Source of the DNA: Candidatus Fermentibacterota bacterium
GTDB lineage: Bacteria; Fermentibacterota; Fermentibacteria; Fermentibacterales; JCC-6
Direction: 5' to 3'
DNA: 62,168 nucleotides
Assembly (NCBI GenBank): GCA_029571005.1
Contig: JAKPTG010000018.1
Location: forward strand, 1 to 62,168
A model generated the notes under the pieces. It was not told the DNA's origin and made no database searches. It saw nothing but the letters and a program-made list of their open reading frames with translations. Below are positions 17,378 through 26,921 of this stretch, piece after piece (the stretch's first letter is position 1; every line of letters begins with the position of its first letter). The position numbers and the translations under genes are program-made.

Positions 17378-20146
17378 ATGACCGAGCAGTTCGTGTACTA
17401 TTTCGGAAAGACCCGCACCGACGGCGGCAGGGATATGAGAGCCCTTCTGGGGGGCAAGGGCGCCAACCTGGCGGAGATGACCAGCATCGGTCTCCCGGTT
17501 CCCCCCGGTTTTACCATCACCACCGAGGCCTGCGATTTCTACAGCACCCATGACGGCCGGTGGCCCCAGGAGCTGGAGGATCAGATCAGGAAGAGCATCT
17601 CTGTCCTGGAGAAGGAACTGGGACGGGGCTTCGGCGACGTCCATAATCCCCTGCTTCTCTCGGTGAGGAGCGGCGCGGCGGTGTCCATGCCGGGGATGAT
17701 GGACACCGTGCTGAACCTGGGCATCAGCATGGAGAACCTCGACGCCCTGAAGAGGATGAGCGGAAACCCCAGGTTCGCTTTGGACAGCCTCAGAAGGTTC
17801 ATGCAGATGTTCGGAGACGTGGTCATGGGAGTTCCCCACCACGACTTCGAGCGGGCCCTCGAATCGGTAAAGGCCGGCAAGGGAGTCAAACTCGACACCG
17901 AACTGGATGCCGGGGATCTGGAGAAGGTGGTTGCACTCTACCAGGACATATACCTGAAACAGACCGGTTCGCCTTTCCCTGCGGACCCCTGGGAGCAGCT
18001 CCGGCTCAGCATCAATGCGGTTTTCGACAGCTGGAACAACCCCAGGGCGGTCCGCTACCGGGAACTCAACGATATCCGAGGTCTTCGGGGAACCGCGGTC
18101 AACGTCCAGAGCATGGTTTTCGGAAACATGGGCGAAGGGAGCGGAACCGGGGTCTGCTTCACCCGGGATCCCTCCACCGGGGCCGACGTCTTCTACGGCG
18201 AATACCTGATGAACGCCCAGGGAGAGGATGTGGTGGCGGGCATAAGAACCCCGCACCCCATCAGCGACCTCGCCCAGGAGAACCGGAAGGCCTACGACGA
18301 GCTGATCGCCATGAGGGAGACCCTGGAACGGCACTACCGGGACATGCAGGACATCGAGTTCACCATCCAGGACGGAGAACTCTTCATACTGCAGACCAGG
18401 AGGGGCGAGAGAACCGTTTTCGCCGCCTTGAACATGGCGGTGGACATGGTCGAGGAGGGGCTGATAGACAAGGAGACCGCCCTGATGCGGATACCCGCCC
18501 AGAACTTCAACCAGCTCTTCGCCTCCATTCTCGACGCTTCCGGCAAGAAGGGGGCCAAACTTCTCACCCGGGGGCTGAACGCTTCCCCCGGCGGCGCCTG
18601 CGGGGCTGTCGTCTTCAGCGCCGGCGACGCCGAGGAGTGGGCCAGGGCCGGTAAGGACGTAATCCTCTGCCGCCAGGAAACCAGCCCGGAGGACATAGGC
18701 GGAATGGCTGCGGCCCGGGGGATACTCACCGCCCGGGGAGGCATGACCAGCCATGCCGCGGTGGTGGCCCGGGGGATGGGCGCCCCCTGTGTGGCGGGGG
18801 CCGGCGAACTGGTGATAGACAGCGATGCGAAGACTATCACCGTCGGCGACCTGGTCCTTCGGGAGGGGGACATCGTAGCCATTGACGGCTTCACCGGCGA
18901 GGTCTTCGCCGGGGAGGTCAAGGTCAGGGATTCGGAGATCGTGCAGGTTCTCAAGGGGGCGATTCCCGCTTCGGAGTCCGTTTTGTACGGGAAGTACAGC
19001 ACCCTGATGGGCTGGGCGGACCAGGTGAGAACTCTGGGGGTTAGAACCAACGCCGACACTCCAAAGGACACCGAGATGGCGGTGTTGTTCGGGGCGGAGG
19101 GCGTCGGGCTCTGCAGAACCGAGCACATGTTCTTCGAGGGAGGAAGGACGAAGAGCTTCAGGAAGCTGATCCTCGTGGCGGAGCGGGTGAAGAGGCTTCG
19201 GGAGAGGATCCGGGCGGGCTCCGGAGACACGGCGGAGATGGAGAACCAGCTGAAGGGGCCGGAGGGGATCTACCGGGAAGCCCTCGAGGAACTCTACCCG
19301 CTTCAGAAGAGGGATTTCGAAAACATCTTCCGGGCCCTAAACGGCCGCCCCTGCACCATCCGGCTGCTGGATCCCCCCCTTCACGAGTTCCTTCCCCATG
19401 ACCGGAAGGGGCAGGAGGAGCTGGCGGCGGAAATGGGGGTTTCGCCGACGAGCGTGGTGGATACCGTGAACGCCCTTCACGAGTTCAACCCCATGATGGG
19501 CCACCGGGGATGCCGGCTGGGGCTTTCCTACCCGGAGGTGTCGGAGATGCAGGTCAGGGCCGTCATAGAGGCCGCCATAACCGTCGTCAGGGAGGGGGTG
19601 AAGGTCGTCCCCGAGATAATGATCCCCTTGGTCGGCCATGACGAGGAATTGCGGATAATGCGGCGCCTGGCCCGGGAGACGGCGGAAAAGGCCCTCTCCG
19701 ATAACGGTCTCCCGCCGGACTTCGTGAGCTACAGCATAGGGACGATGATCGAGATACCCCGGGCCTGCGTTATGGCGGACAGGATCGCCTCCGAAGCCGA
19801 CTTCTTCAGTTTCGGCACCAACGACCTCACCCAGATGGGTTGCGGCTTCAGCCGCGACGATGCGGGCAAGTTCCTGGAGGATTACGTCCGCATGGGCATT
19901 TACGAGAAGGATCCCTTCCAGTCCATAGACGAGGACGGGATCGGGGCGTTTGTGACGATGGCGGTCCAGAAGGGACGCCGGGCAAAGCCGAGCCTCAAGA
20001 TCGGTGTGTGCGGCGAGCATGGGGGCGATGCCGCTTCGGTGAACTTTTTCCACAGGGCGGGGCTCGATTACGTTTCCTGTTCTCCCTACCGGGTGCCGGT
20101 GGCGAGACTGGCCGCGGCCCAGGCGGTGATAGAGGCCGGCCGATAG
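17378..20146 (+). CDS. ppdK: Pyruvate, phosphate dikinase
   Basis: Track ORF 16889.. trimmed to ATG 17378 (AAGGAAG upstream). Motifs: LLGGKGANLAEM, phospho-His loop GGMTSHAAVVARGMG, FFSFGTNDLTQ, CGEHGGD. Confidence 0.92.
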   Translation: MTEQFVYYFGKTRTDGGRDMRALLGGKGANLAEMTSIGLPVPPGFTITTEACDFYSTHDGRWPQELEDQIRKSISVLEKELGRGFGDVHNPLLLSVRSGAAVSMPGMMDTVLNLGISMENLDALKRMSGNPRFALDSLRRFMQMFGDVVMGVPHHDFERALESVKAGKGVKLDTELDAGDLEKVVALYQDIYLKQTGSPFPADPWEQLRLSINAVFDSWNNPRAVRYRELNDIRGLRGTAVNVQSMVFGNMGEGSGTGVCFTRDPSTGADVFYGEYLMNAQGEDVVAGIRTPHPISDLAQENRKAYDELIAMRETLERHYRDMQDIEFTIQDGELFILQTRRGERTVFAALNMAVDMVEEGLIDKETALMRIPAQNFNQLFASILDASGKKGAKLLTRGLNASPGGACGAVVFSAGDAEEWARAGKDVILCRQETSPEDIGGMAAARGILTARGGMTSHAAVVARGMGAPCVAGAGELVIDSDAKTITVGDLVLREGDIVAIDGFTGEVFAGEVKVRDSEIVQVLKGAIPASESVLYGKYSTLMGWADQVRTLGVRTNADTPKDTEMAVLFGAEGVGLCRTEHMFFEGGRTKSFRKLILVAERVKRLRERIRAGSGDTAEMENQLKGPEGIYREALEELYPLQKRDFENIFRALNGRPCTIRLLDPPLHEFLPHDRKGQEELAAEMGVSPTSVVDTVNALHEFNPMMGHRGCRLGLSYPEVSEMQVRAVIEAAITVVREGVKVVPEIMIPLVGHDEELRIMRRLARETAEKALSDNGLPPDFVSYSIGTMIEIPRACVMADRIASEADFFSFGTNDLTQMGCGFSRDDAGKFLEDYVRMGIYEKDPFQSIDEDGIGAFVTMAVQKGRRAKPSLKIGVCGEHGGDAASVNFFHRAGLDYVSCSPYRVPVARLAAAQAVIEAGR

Positions 20147-20183
20147 GAGGAGCGCTCTGAACAGCCCCGTTCTGCTTCTGGCC

Positions 20184-21356
20184 ATGGGAGCTTCCGCCCT
20201 GAGGGAAGCGGTTTTGACGGGGCTTTGCGAGGGGGGTTTCACGGTGTCGGCCGCCGACGACGGCATGGAAGCGGCGGTGAAGGCCTGTGAAACCCCCCCG
20301 GGGGCGGTTCTGGCTTCGGCCCTGTTGCCGGTGCTGGACGGGATCCGGCTGTGCCGTTTTCTCAAGACCCACCCCTCGACCCGTGGGGTTCCGGTGGTTC
20401 TGACGATACCCGACGGCAACAGAAACCTCAGGTTCAGGTCCGAGCTGGCCGGGGCCGACATGGTCGTTCCCTACTCCCACCCGGTGGGCGCCCTGGCGGC
20501 CGGGCTGAAAAAACTGGCGTCCGACGGGAAATCCACCGCTGAAGGCAGGCCCTCGGACGGGGTACAGGTCCTGCACTCCCTGTCCGAAGGGCTTCTCAAT
20601 CGTCTCGAGAGGCTCGAGACGGTGATGGGCCTGGCGGAGGGGCTGGGTGACTCGGCCACCGTGGCGGAACTCTTCCGGCGGATCGCCGTCTCGGTGCTGG
20701 TGGGGCTGGGTTTCGAGAGGGTCTGGGGGGGCAGCCGACAACGGGACGAGCCCCGGTTTCAGATGCGTATAGCCATGGGTGCCGGCATTTCCCGGAAGCC
20801 CATCGAATTGCGGCACCGGGAATCCTCCGCCGCCCTGGCGGCCGACACCGGGCGGCAGGTTTTCTCGTCCTCCCTTCACGCCTCTTCGGGGATACTGGAA
20901 TGGTCCGGCACCCTGGACTACCTCGACACTCCGATTACGGCCGGGGGCGAGGTTCTGGGGCTCATAAGGGCCGATCGCGGAGTCACCGGAAGGCCCGTCA
21001 GCCCCTGGTCCGCCGAGGGCGTGAAAATGCTGGCGGACCTGGCGGGCGGCAGCCTTCTGAGCCTGCTCTCCCGGGAGCAGGCGGCGATGTGCCGGGAGGA
21101 GACGGGCGAACTGCTCGAAGCCCTCAGGAACGCCGCCCTCACCGTCAACCGGGATAAAACCATCGTGGATGCCATGGGAAGCACGGAAGCCCTGCTCGGC
21201 CGGGAACCCCATCAGCTCGTGGGAGAACCCTTCGTTTCCGTGGTGACCCTGCGGGGGGAGGATCAGAGGGACTTGATAGCCTCCGTCCTGTCCGCGAGCC
21301 GGCCCCCGCCGAGCCGGTCATTGCGGATAACGCCCAGGGAAGGGAGCTGGAGGTGA
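20184..21356 (+). CDS. Signalling protein: degenerate receiver-like domain + GAF + N-terminal half of a PAS domain (probably the 5' part of a split gene)
   Basis: CheY-like fold pattern (...GFTVSAADDGMEAAVKA...PVLDGIRLCRFLK...VPVVLT...) with Ser at the phospho-Asp position. GAF-like GEVLGLIRADR. PAS start LLEALRNAALTVNRDKTIVDAMGSTEALLGREPHQLVGEPF. True start uncertain: no ATG/GTG/TTG upstream, but there is a CTG at 20157 behind GGAGGAG. Confidence 0.6.
   Translation: MGASALREAVLTGLCEGGFTVSAADDGMEAAVKACETPPGAVLASALLPVLDGIRLCRFLKTHPSTRGVPVVLTIPDGNRNLRFRSELAGADMVVPYSHPVGALAAGLKKLASDGKSTAEGRPSDGVQVLHSLSEGLLNRLERLETVMGLAEGLGDSATVAELFRRIAVSVLVGLGFERVWGGSRQRDEPRFQMRIAMGAGISRKPIELRHRESSAALAADTGRQVFSSSLHASSGILEWSGTLDYLDTPITAGGEVLGLIRADRGVTGRPVSPWSAEGVKMLADLAGGSLLSLLSREQAAMCREETGELLEALRNAALTVNRDKTIVDAMGSTEALLGREPHQLVGEPFVSVVTLRGEDQRDLIASVLSASRPPPSRSLRITPREGSWR
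21290..21316 (+). other. Probable frameshift junction inside a PAS domain (C5 run 21303..21307; direct repeat GAGCCGG at 21296 and 21311)
   Basis: Frame of 20184.. degenerates to RPPPSRSLRITPREGSWR-stop. The frame of 21353.. is already open upstream and reads ...PAEPVIADNAQGRELEVKLFPGRHDSLGVSLVKVILGDVSREHRLKREL, a typical PAS C-terminal half. Confidence 0.5.
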
Positions 21357-22480
21357 AACTGTTCCCCGGACGGCACGATTCCCTGGGAGTTTCACTGGTG
21401 AAGGTGATTTTAGGCGACGTGAGCCGGGAGCACCGGTTGAAGCGCGAACTCCAGGACAGAGACCATGAGGAGGAGGCTATATCCGATATTTCCCGGGAGC
21501 TGCAGGCGGTTTCGGACATAGAATCGGTGTGCGAAACCCTTTTGAGACATCTCCGGGGGCTCTACCCCATGGAGTGCATCTCCATACTGCTGGCGGGAAG
21601 TTTGGGCGATGGAGCCGTTCCGGAAACCATGGTCGTCAAGGCCGAGAGCGGCTATCGGGAGGAGTGGTCGCCGGTGGGCCGGGTGCTGAAGATGACCCCG
21701 GAAGGCCGGGGGACGGTGCTGAGGGCGGTGTATTCCGCCCGGCCTGTGAACATCCGGGACACGAGCCAGACCCCGGACTACGTGGCCAATCAGGAGGGGA
21801 CCGCCAGCGAGCTGGTGGTGCCCATGATCAGCCAGGGTAGGGTTGTGGGGGCCTTGGACTTGCAGAGCCAGGTCTCCTCCCGTTACAATGCCGACGATGT
21901 AAAGCGCATCCAGAAGCTGGCCGACCAGGCGGCGGGAGCGGTGGAGAGCGCCCTGATGCGGGACGAGCTGCTCGACATGGCCAGGAGGGACAGGCTCACC
22001 GGGCTTCACAACCTTAGGTACTTCGAGGAAAAGTACGGGGAGGAGTTCGAAAAGGCCGTTCGTTACGGCTACCCGTTTTCTCTCATTATGATGGATATTG
22101 ATGATTTTAAGGTATATAACGATACCTATGGGCACCCCATGGGGAACATTCTTCTCAAAAGGCTCGTGGCGGCGATGAAGAGCGCCCTGCGGGAGGTGGA
22201 CATCGCGGTGCGTTACGGAGGTGAGGAGTTCGTGTGCATCCTTCCCCTCACGGATATCCGGGTGGGGGAGGAGGTGGCGGAGAGGATCCGGAAGAGGATT
22301 CTTGACGCCAACCCCGACATCCCCCATGCGGAAACCCAGCCGGGGGGCCGCCTGAGCGTGAGCCTCGGGGTGGCCAGTTTTCCGGCGGACAGCCGGGACA
22401 GGGACGAATTGCTCGAGCTGGCGGACCGGAGGATGTACAACGCCAAGAAGGCCGGGAAGAACCGTGTCTGCGCCCGCTGA
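21353..22480 (+). CDS. GAF-domain diguanylate cyclase (GGDEF; active-site GGEEF)
   Basis: GTG 21353 overlaps the upstream stop (GTGA). GAF region: VVPMISQGRVVGALDLQS. Cyclase region: RDRLTGLHNLRYF, MMDIDDFKVYNDTYGH, RYGGEEF. Confidence 0.85.
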   Translation: MKLFPGRHDSLGVSLVKVILGDVSREHRLKRELQDRDHEEEAISDISRELQAVSDIESVCETLLRHLRGLYPMECISILLAGSLGDGAVPETMVVKAESGYREEWSPVGRVLKMTPEGRGTVLRAVYSARPVNIRDTSQTPDYVANQEGTASELVVPMISQGRVVGALDLQSQVSSRYNADDVKRIQKLADQAAGAVESALMRDELLDMARRDRLTGLHNLRYFEEKYGEEFEKAVRYGYPFSLIMMDIDDFKVYNDTYGHPMGNILLKRLVAAMKSALREVDIAVRYGGEEFVCILPLTDIRVGEEVAERIRKRILDANPDIPHAETQPGGRLSVSLGVASFPADSRDRDELLELADRRMYNAKKAGKNRVCAR

Positions 22481-23597
22481 TCCCCGGCTCTTCGATGTGG
22501 TGGTGCGGGAAGGGCTGTACGGCCTGAACCGGGAGAAACTGGCCGGGGTTCTGGAAGAGATGGTCCTTCTGGCCGGGGGCTGGCCGGAAACCGCCGTTCC
22601 GGGGGCGAGGGCGCTTCTGAAGGTGAACATGCTGGCGGCCAAGGGTCCCGAGCGGGGGATCACCACCCACCCGGAAGTGGTGGCGGCGGTGGGGCTGCTC
22701 CTCCAGAAAAGGGGATGCAGGGTGTTCGTCGGGGACAGCCCGGGGGGAGCCGTAAGGGGGGTGGAGAGGTACTGGCGCAACTGCGGCTACCTCGATGTAT
22801 GCCGGGAGACCGGGATGGAGCTGGTGAATTTCGAGAGTTCCGGCTCCCGGGAGGTCACGGTCCGTGGCAGGAGCTATCACGTGGCTCTGCCGGTTCTGGA
22901 AGGTTTTGATCTGAGGATCAACCTCTGCAAGTTCAAAACCCACTCCTACTGCCGGATCACCTGCGCCGTCAAGAACAGTTTCGGCATTGTGCCCGGGCTG
23001 GGCAAGGCGATGCTCCATACCAGGTCGCCCAGGCCCAGGGACCTCGCGGTGAACCTTGTTGACCTGTACGAGGCGGCCCGGTTCGATCTGCACATCTGCG
23101 ACGCCCTGATAGCCATGGACGGCCGGGGGCCCAGCACCGACGGCAGGCCCAGGCCCGACGGGGTGCTGGCGGCGGCCCGGGACGGAGTCTGCATGGACGC
23201 CGCCCTTTGCGCCATGGCGGGGCTGCCTCCAAGGGAGCTGGACACCACCAGGGTCGCCCTGGACCGGGGGCTGGGGAAGCCGCCGGAGGAAATCACCGTG
23301 GACGGTCCCCGGGTCTTCCGGGACTTCGACATCCCCCGGGAGTCCTGGCTCAACTGGGTTCCGCCCTTCCTGGGAGCCGTGGCCGGAAAGCTTCTGAAGG
23401 CGGTCCCCAGGTCCAACAGCAGGTGCACCGGCTGTGGCTTCTGCGCCCGGAGCTGTCCGGTAAAAGCCATAGAAGTGAGGAACGGGCGGGCCGTGATGAA
23501 AAAGGGCAAATGCATCATGTGCCTTTGCTGCCATGAACTGTGCCCGGAAAACGCTGTGGAGGTAAGGATTCCGCTGCTCCGTAGAGGCGGGCGGTGA
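22464..23597 (+). CDS. DUF362-like protein with C-terminal 2x[4Fe-4S] ferredoxin domain
   Basis: ALLKVNMLAAKGPERGITTHPEVVAAVG...VFVGDSPG resembles DUF362. C-terminus: CTGCGFCARSCP and CIMCLCCHELCP. GTG 22464 overlaps the upstream gene by 17 nt. Confidence 0.6.
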   Translation: MSAPADPRLFDVVVREGLYGLNREKLAGVLEEMVLLAGGWPETAVPGARALLKVNMLAAKGPERGITTHPEVVAAVGLLLQKRGCRVFVGDSPGGAVRGVERYWRNCGYLDVCRETGMELVNFESSGSREVTVRGRSYHVALPVLEGFDLRINLCKFKTHSYCRITCAVKNSFGIVPGLGKAMLHTRSPRPRDLAVNLVDLYEAARFDLHICDALIAMDGRGPSTDGRPRPDGVLAAARDGVCMDAALCAMAGLPPRELDTTRVALDRGLGKPPEEITVDGPRVFRDFDIPRESWLNWVPPFLGAVAGKLLKAVPRSNSRCTGCGFCARSCPVKAIEVRNGRAVMKKGKCIMCLCCHELCPENAVEVRIPLLRRGGR

Positions 23598-24535
23598 AGG
23601 GGGTTCCCCTCGGCCACAGGCTTCAGTACCTGGCGCTGGTCTTTTTTGTCCGGCTGCTGAACCTGCTGCCGGTCGGGACGGCCCTGACGGCGGGCGCCAT
23701 CCTGGGCCGGCTCTGCTGGAGCGTCCTCGGCCTTCGGCGGGAGGTGTCGAGGATGAACATCCGGCAGGCCTTTCCCGGTATTCCGTCCCGGGAGGCGGAC
23801 CGGATCGGCCGGGATTCCTACAGGAATGCCGGAAGGGCTATGGTGGAGTTCGCCAGGCAGCGGGGGATGGACAGGTCATACGCCCGCAGGTACGTAGCCG
23901 TGGAGGAGACCCCGGCCCTGCAGAGTTTCAGGGAGTGCCGGACGGGAGTGCTGGTGATCGGCTTCCACTTCGGCAACTGGGAGTACTGCGGAATAATGAG
24001 CGGGTTCATGAGGGATGGAACCGCCTTTCTGGTCGGGAAACAGAGGAATCGCCTGGTTGACCGGTACATAAACGGGCTCCGGGGAGCCCACGGCAACCGG
24101 CTCATCGGTCGGAACGCGACCATGAGGGGCATCGTGGAAATCATCGGGAGCGGCGGCGCGGTGTGCTGGCTCAGCGATCAGGACGCCGGCGGAAAAGGCC
24201 TTGTAGTGCCTTTCTTCGGTTATCCCGCTTCGACGCCCCGGGGCGCCGCGGCCTTCAGCGTGAAATACGGGATTCCGGTGTGTTGCGGTTTCATGGTGCG
24301 GATCCGGGGCCCCCGGCAGAAGTACGTGATGAAGGCGATACTGTATCCCCGGACAGACCTGCCCCGGGGGGAAGCCGAGCTGGACATGACCAGAAGGTAC
24401 ACGGAGGTGCTGGAGGAGGCGGTCAGGGAGAACCCCGACCACTACTGGTGGCCCCACCGGAGATGGAAAACCACCGGCTTTTACGAAAGGGACGGACGGG
24501 GGCGGGAAACGCCCTCAAAAACCGGTTCCGGATGA
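23594..24535 (+). CDS. Lysophospholipid/lipid A late acyltransferase (LpxL/HtrB family)
   Basis: GTG 23594 overlaps the upstream stop (GTGA). N-terminal TM helix; HX4(D/E)-type motif GFHFGNWEYCG; WLSDQD...PFFG. Confidence 0.7.
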   Translation: MKGVPLGHRLQYLALVFFVRLLNLLPVGTALTAGAILGRLCWSVLGLRREVSRMNIRQAFPGIPSREADRIGRDSYRNAGRAMVEFARQRGMDRSYARRYVAVEETPALQSFRECRTGVLVIGFHFGNWEYCGIMSGFMRDGTAFLVGKQRNRLVDRYINGLRGAHGNRLIGRNATMRGIVEIIGSGGAVCWLSDQDAGGKGLVVPFFGYPASTPRGAAAFSVKYGIPVCCGFMVRIRGPRQKYVMKAILYPRTDLPRGEAELDMTRRYTEVLEEAVRENPDHYWWPHRRWKTTGFYERDGRGRETPSKTGSG

Positions 24536-24631
24536 CCGGGCATCGGCCTTTCGTTCCCATTCCTCCGGCTGTCCCGTTCGCCCTCCGCAGCCGTCCTTGA
24601 AACCATCGTCCGTGATTCCCCGCCACGCGGT

Positions 24632-24656
24632 GCCGTGCCTGGCGGAACGGCACGGC
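24632..24656. terminator. Hairpin between convergent genes (GCCGTGCC-tggcggaac-GGCACGGC)
   Basis: Perfect 8-bp GC-rich stem in the 130-nt convergent spacer between the acyltransferase (+) and the lipoprotein (-). No clear U-tract. Confidence 0.45.
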
Positions 24657-24665
24657 GCGCATGCC

Positions 24666-25775
24666 TTACTCCAGAACGCAGAGCCTCTGGTAACCCTCCT
24701 CCGGGTCCGCCTCCCAGGCCAGTATCCCCTGGGGGGATATGCTGAAGGTCCAGGTCCAGCCTTTCTCGGGGAACAGGGCGTGCCCGGCCGGTTCGCCGTT
24801 CAGATCGAAGATATCGAAGAAAGGGGTTTCGGAGGTTCCCCTCTGCACCCAGAGCCTTCCATCCGGGCCGATTCCCAGGGCGACCACCTTGTTTCGGTAC
24901 GGCTCGGGCTCGAAGCTGAAGGACGTGTTTCCCCCGAAGCTCCTGAAATAATTGTCCATGTATATCTTCTCTTCTTCAATCTCCTCGGGAGTCTTGGCTA
25001 CCGGGGAGATGTCGAGGCCGGACCGGAATATCTCCTCCCCCTCGGCGTTCCATCCCAGTACCAGATATTCCTCGCCGCTCTTCTCCGCGAAGAAGACCGA
25101 GCCGACGCCGTCGCTGCACAGGCAGAATGCGTCCAGCAACTCGGTGACGAGCATGGATGAATTCTCAATGAGGTCGTCGAGGGAGGCTGTGATCGAGTCC
25201 TCCCAGAGAACCGTATCGTATTCCTTGGCGCCAACGGTGTAGATTACGATCCTGCGGTTCATTACCAGCATGTTGCCCGGCATGTCGGCGTCAATCTTGT
25301 AGGAAGCGAAGGTGCTGTCCGACAGGGCGGTGGAGAGCATCGGGGGGTTCTGGGGCCAGTGGCTGAACTCCTCCACGAAGTTGAGGCTGTCGTCCATCAC
25401 CAGGAATCCGTGCTTCAAAAGGTCCAGAACCATCAGCCTCCCGTCGGGCATGGCGAAGCATTCCCAGGGCATCCTCATTTCCCCCGGTCCGTCGCCCCGG
25501 CGGGAAACCTGCCGGATGTAGCCGCCGTTTTCGTCATAAACCTTGATGCATGCCCCCTGCATGTCCAGCACCAGTATCTCCCGCCGGTCTCCGGGCGGTA
25601 TCACGGCGTCCTGGATCACTCCGAAGGTGGCGGTAGAGTCGCCGATCTCCGCCCCGATGGACAGGGCTACCGAGAGGGTGTCCACCGGCAGTCCGGTGTT
25701 GTCGCCGCCGTTCCCGGCGGGGCCTTCACCGCAGGCGACCAGGAACAGGGCGGCGGGAAGCACGATTCTTTTCAA
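24666..25775 (-). CDS. Lipoprotein, NHL/6-bladed beta-propeller-like
   Basis: Start re-set to TTG 25775, with GGAGGAGG 7 nt upstream. This gives (M)KRIVLPAALFLVAC (lipobox LVAC). The track start at 25817 is a GTG without an RBS. Repeats such as ILVLDMQGACIKVYDENGGYIRQ and MPDGRLMVLD. Confidence 0.6.
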   Translation of the reverse strand: MKRIVLPAALFLVACGEGPAGNGGDNTGLPVDTLSVALSIGAEIGDSTATFGVIQDAVIPPGDRREILVLDMQGACIKVYDENGGYIRQVSRRGDGPGEMRMPWECFAMPDGRLMVLDLLKHGFLVMDDSLNFVEEFSHWPQNPPMLSTALSDSTFASYKIDADMPGNMLVMNRRIVIYTVGAKEYDTVLWEDSITASLDDLIENSSMLVTELLDAFCLCSDGVGSVFFAEKSGEEYLVLGWNAEGEEIFRSGLDISPVAKTPEEIEEEKIYMDNYFRSFGGNTSFSFEPEPYRNKVVALGIGPDGRLWVQRGTSETPFFDIFDLNGEPAGHALFPEKGWTWTFSISPQGILAWEADPEEGYQRLCVLE

Positions 25776-25863
25776 GGGGAAACCTCCTCCGGATGCAGCT
25801 TTTTTCGAATGCACCACAAAAATATAGCGAAAGCCCGGGATCTTCGTTGCGGGGGACAGGGGT

Positions 25864-25869
25864 TATAAT
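25864..25869 (+). promoter_or_regulatory. TATAAT box upstream of gpsA
   Basis: GGTTATAATTCC lies 29 nt upstream of ATG 25898. No convincing -35 element. Confidence 0.3.
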
Positions 25870-25897
25870 TCCCGGTGACGCCGCGGAAGGAGCGACT

Positions 25898-26872
25898 ATG
25901 AAGCTTGCGGTGCTGGGGTGCGGAAGATGGGGGAGTTTTCATCTCTGGTACGGGGACAGGCTCGGTTTCCGGACGATGGGCTGGGAGCCCTCGGAGGAGC
26001 CGGTGATGGCTTCCCTTATGAGGAACCGGGGGAACGGCTACCTGAAACTGCCCGAGGGGGTCGGACTGACCCTTTCCCTGGACGAAGCCCTGGAGGGGGC
26101 GGACCTGGTGGTTGCATCCTGCCCGGCGCAGAGTTTCAGGGGGCTGGCCGGCCTCCTGTCCGGCCGGGACCTCTCCGGGAGCGATTTGTCCCTTTGCATG
26201 AAGGGGATCGAGGAGGCCACCGGCAAGCGCCTGTCGGAGGTGTGCAGGGAAGCCGGCGTCAGGCCGAGGTCCGTCTGTGCCTGGGTCGGTCCGGGGCATC
26301 CCCAGGAGTTCGTGAAGGGCGTTCCGGGCTGCATGATCATGGCCTCGGAGGACGAGAGCGCCGCGGAGAGGCTTTCCCGGAGCGTCAATTCCGGCCTGCT
26401 CAGGATGTACCACAGTCGTGACATCATCGGATGCGAGATCGGCGCCGCCGCGAAGAACGTCGTCGGGATAGCCGCGGGCATGCTGGACGGTCGGGGCATG
26501 GCGGGGCTCAAGGGCGCGCTCATGGCCAGGGGGCCTCAGGAGTTCGCCAGGCTGGTCTCCGCGGCGGGGGGAGACTGGCGGAGCGTTTACGGGCTCAGCC
26601 ATCTGGGTGACTACGAGGCGACGCTCTTTTCACCGTGGAGCCGGAACAGGGCGTGGGGGGAAGCCTTTGTCCGGGGAGGGGTCGCCCCGGGGCTGGCGGA
26701 GGGCGTGCCCACCTGCGGTGCACTCCTGAAACTCGCCGGTGTCCACGGCGTTGAACTGCCCATAACCGAGGCGGTTTTCGGGGTGATTTCGGGAACGGCC
26801 GGTTTCGATGAAGCCGTCGAGAGCCTGTTCGGACGACCGATGAAGGAGGAGTTTCCGGAAACCCTTCGCTGA
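25898..26872 (+). CDS. gpsA: NAD(P)H-dependent glycerol-3-phosphate dehydrogenase
   Basis: Track ORF 25793.. trimmed to ATG 25898 (GGAAGGAG upstream). Motifs: MKLAVLGCGRWGS Rossmann start, CMKGIE, GAAAKNVVGIAAGMLDG. Confidence 0.85.
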   Translation: MKLAVLGCGRWGSFHLWYGDRLGFRTMGWEPSEEPVMASLMRNRGNGYLKLPEGVGLTLSLDEALEGADLVVASCPAQSFRGLAGLLSGRDLSGSDLSLCMKGIEEATGKRLSEVCREAGVRPRSVCAWVGPGHPQEFVKGVPGCMIMASEDESAAERLSRSVNSGLLRMYHSRDIIGCEIGAAAKNVVGIAAGMLDGRGMAGLKGALMARGPQEFARLVSAAGGDWRSVYGLSHLGDYEATLFSPWSRNRAWGEAFVRGGVAPGLAEGVPTCGALLKLAGVHGVELPITEAVFGVISGTAGFDEAVESLFGRPMKEEFPETLR

Positions 26873-26921
26873 GCCCGGCTTCGCGTTTTGAAACCGGGGT
26901 TTCCGAACGTATCTTACCGCC

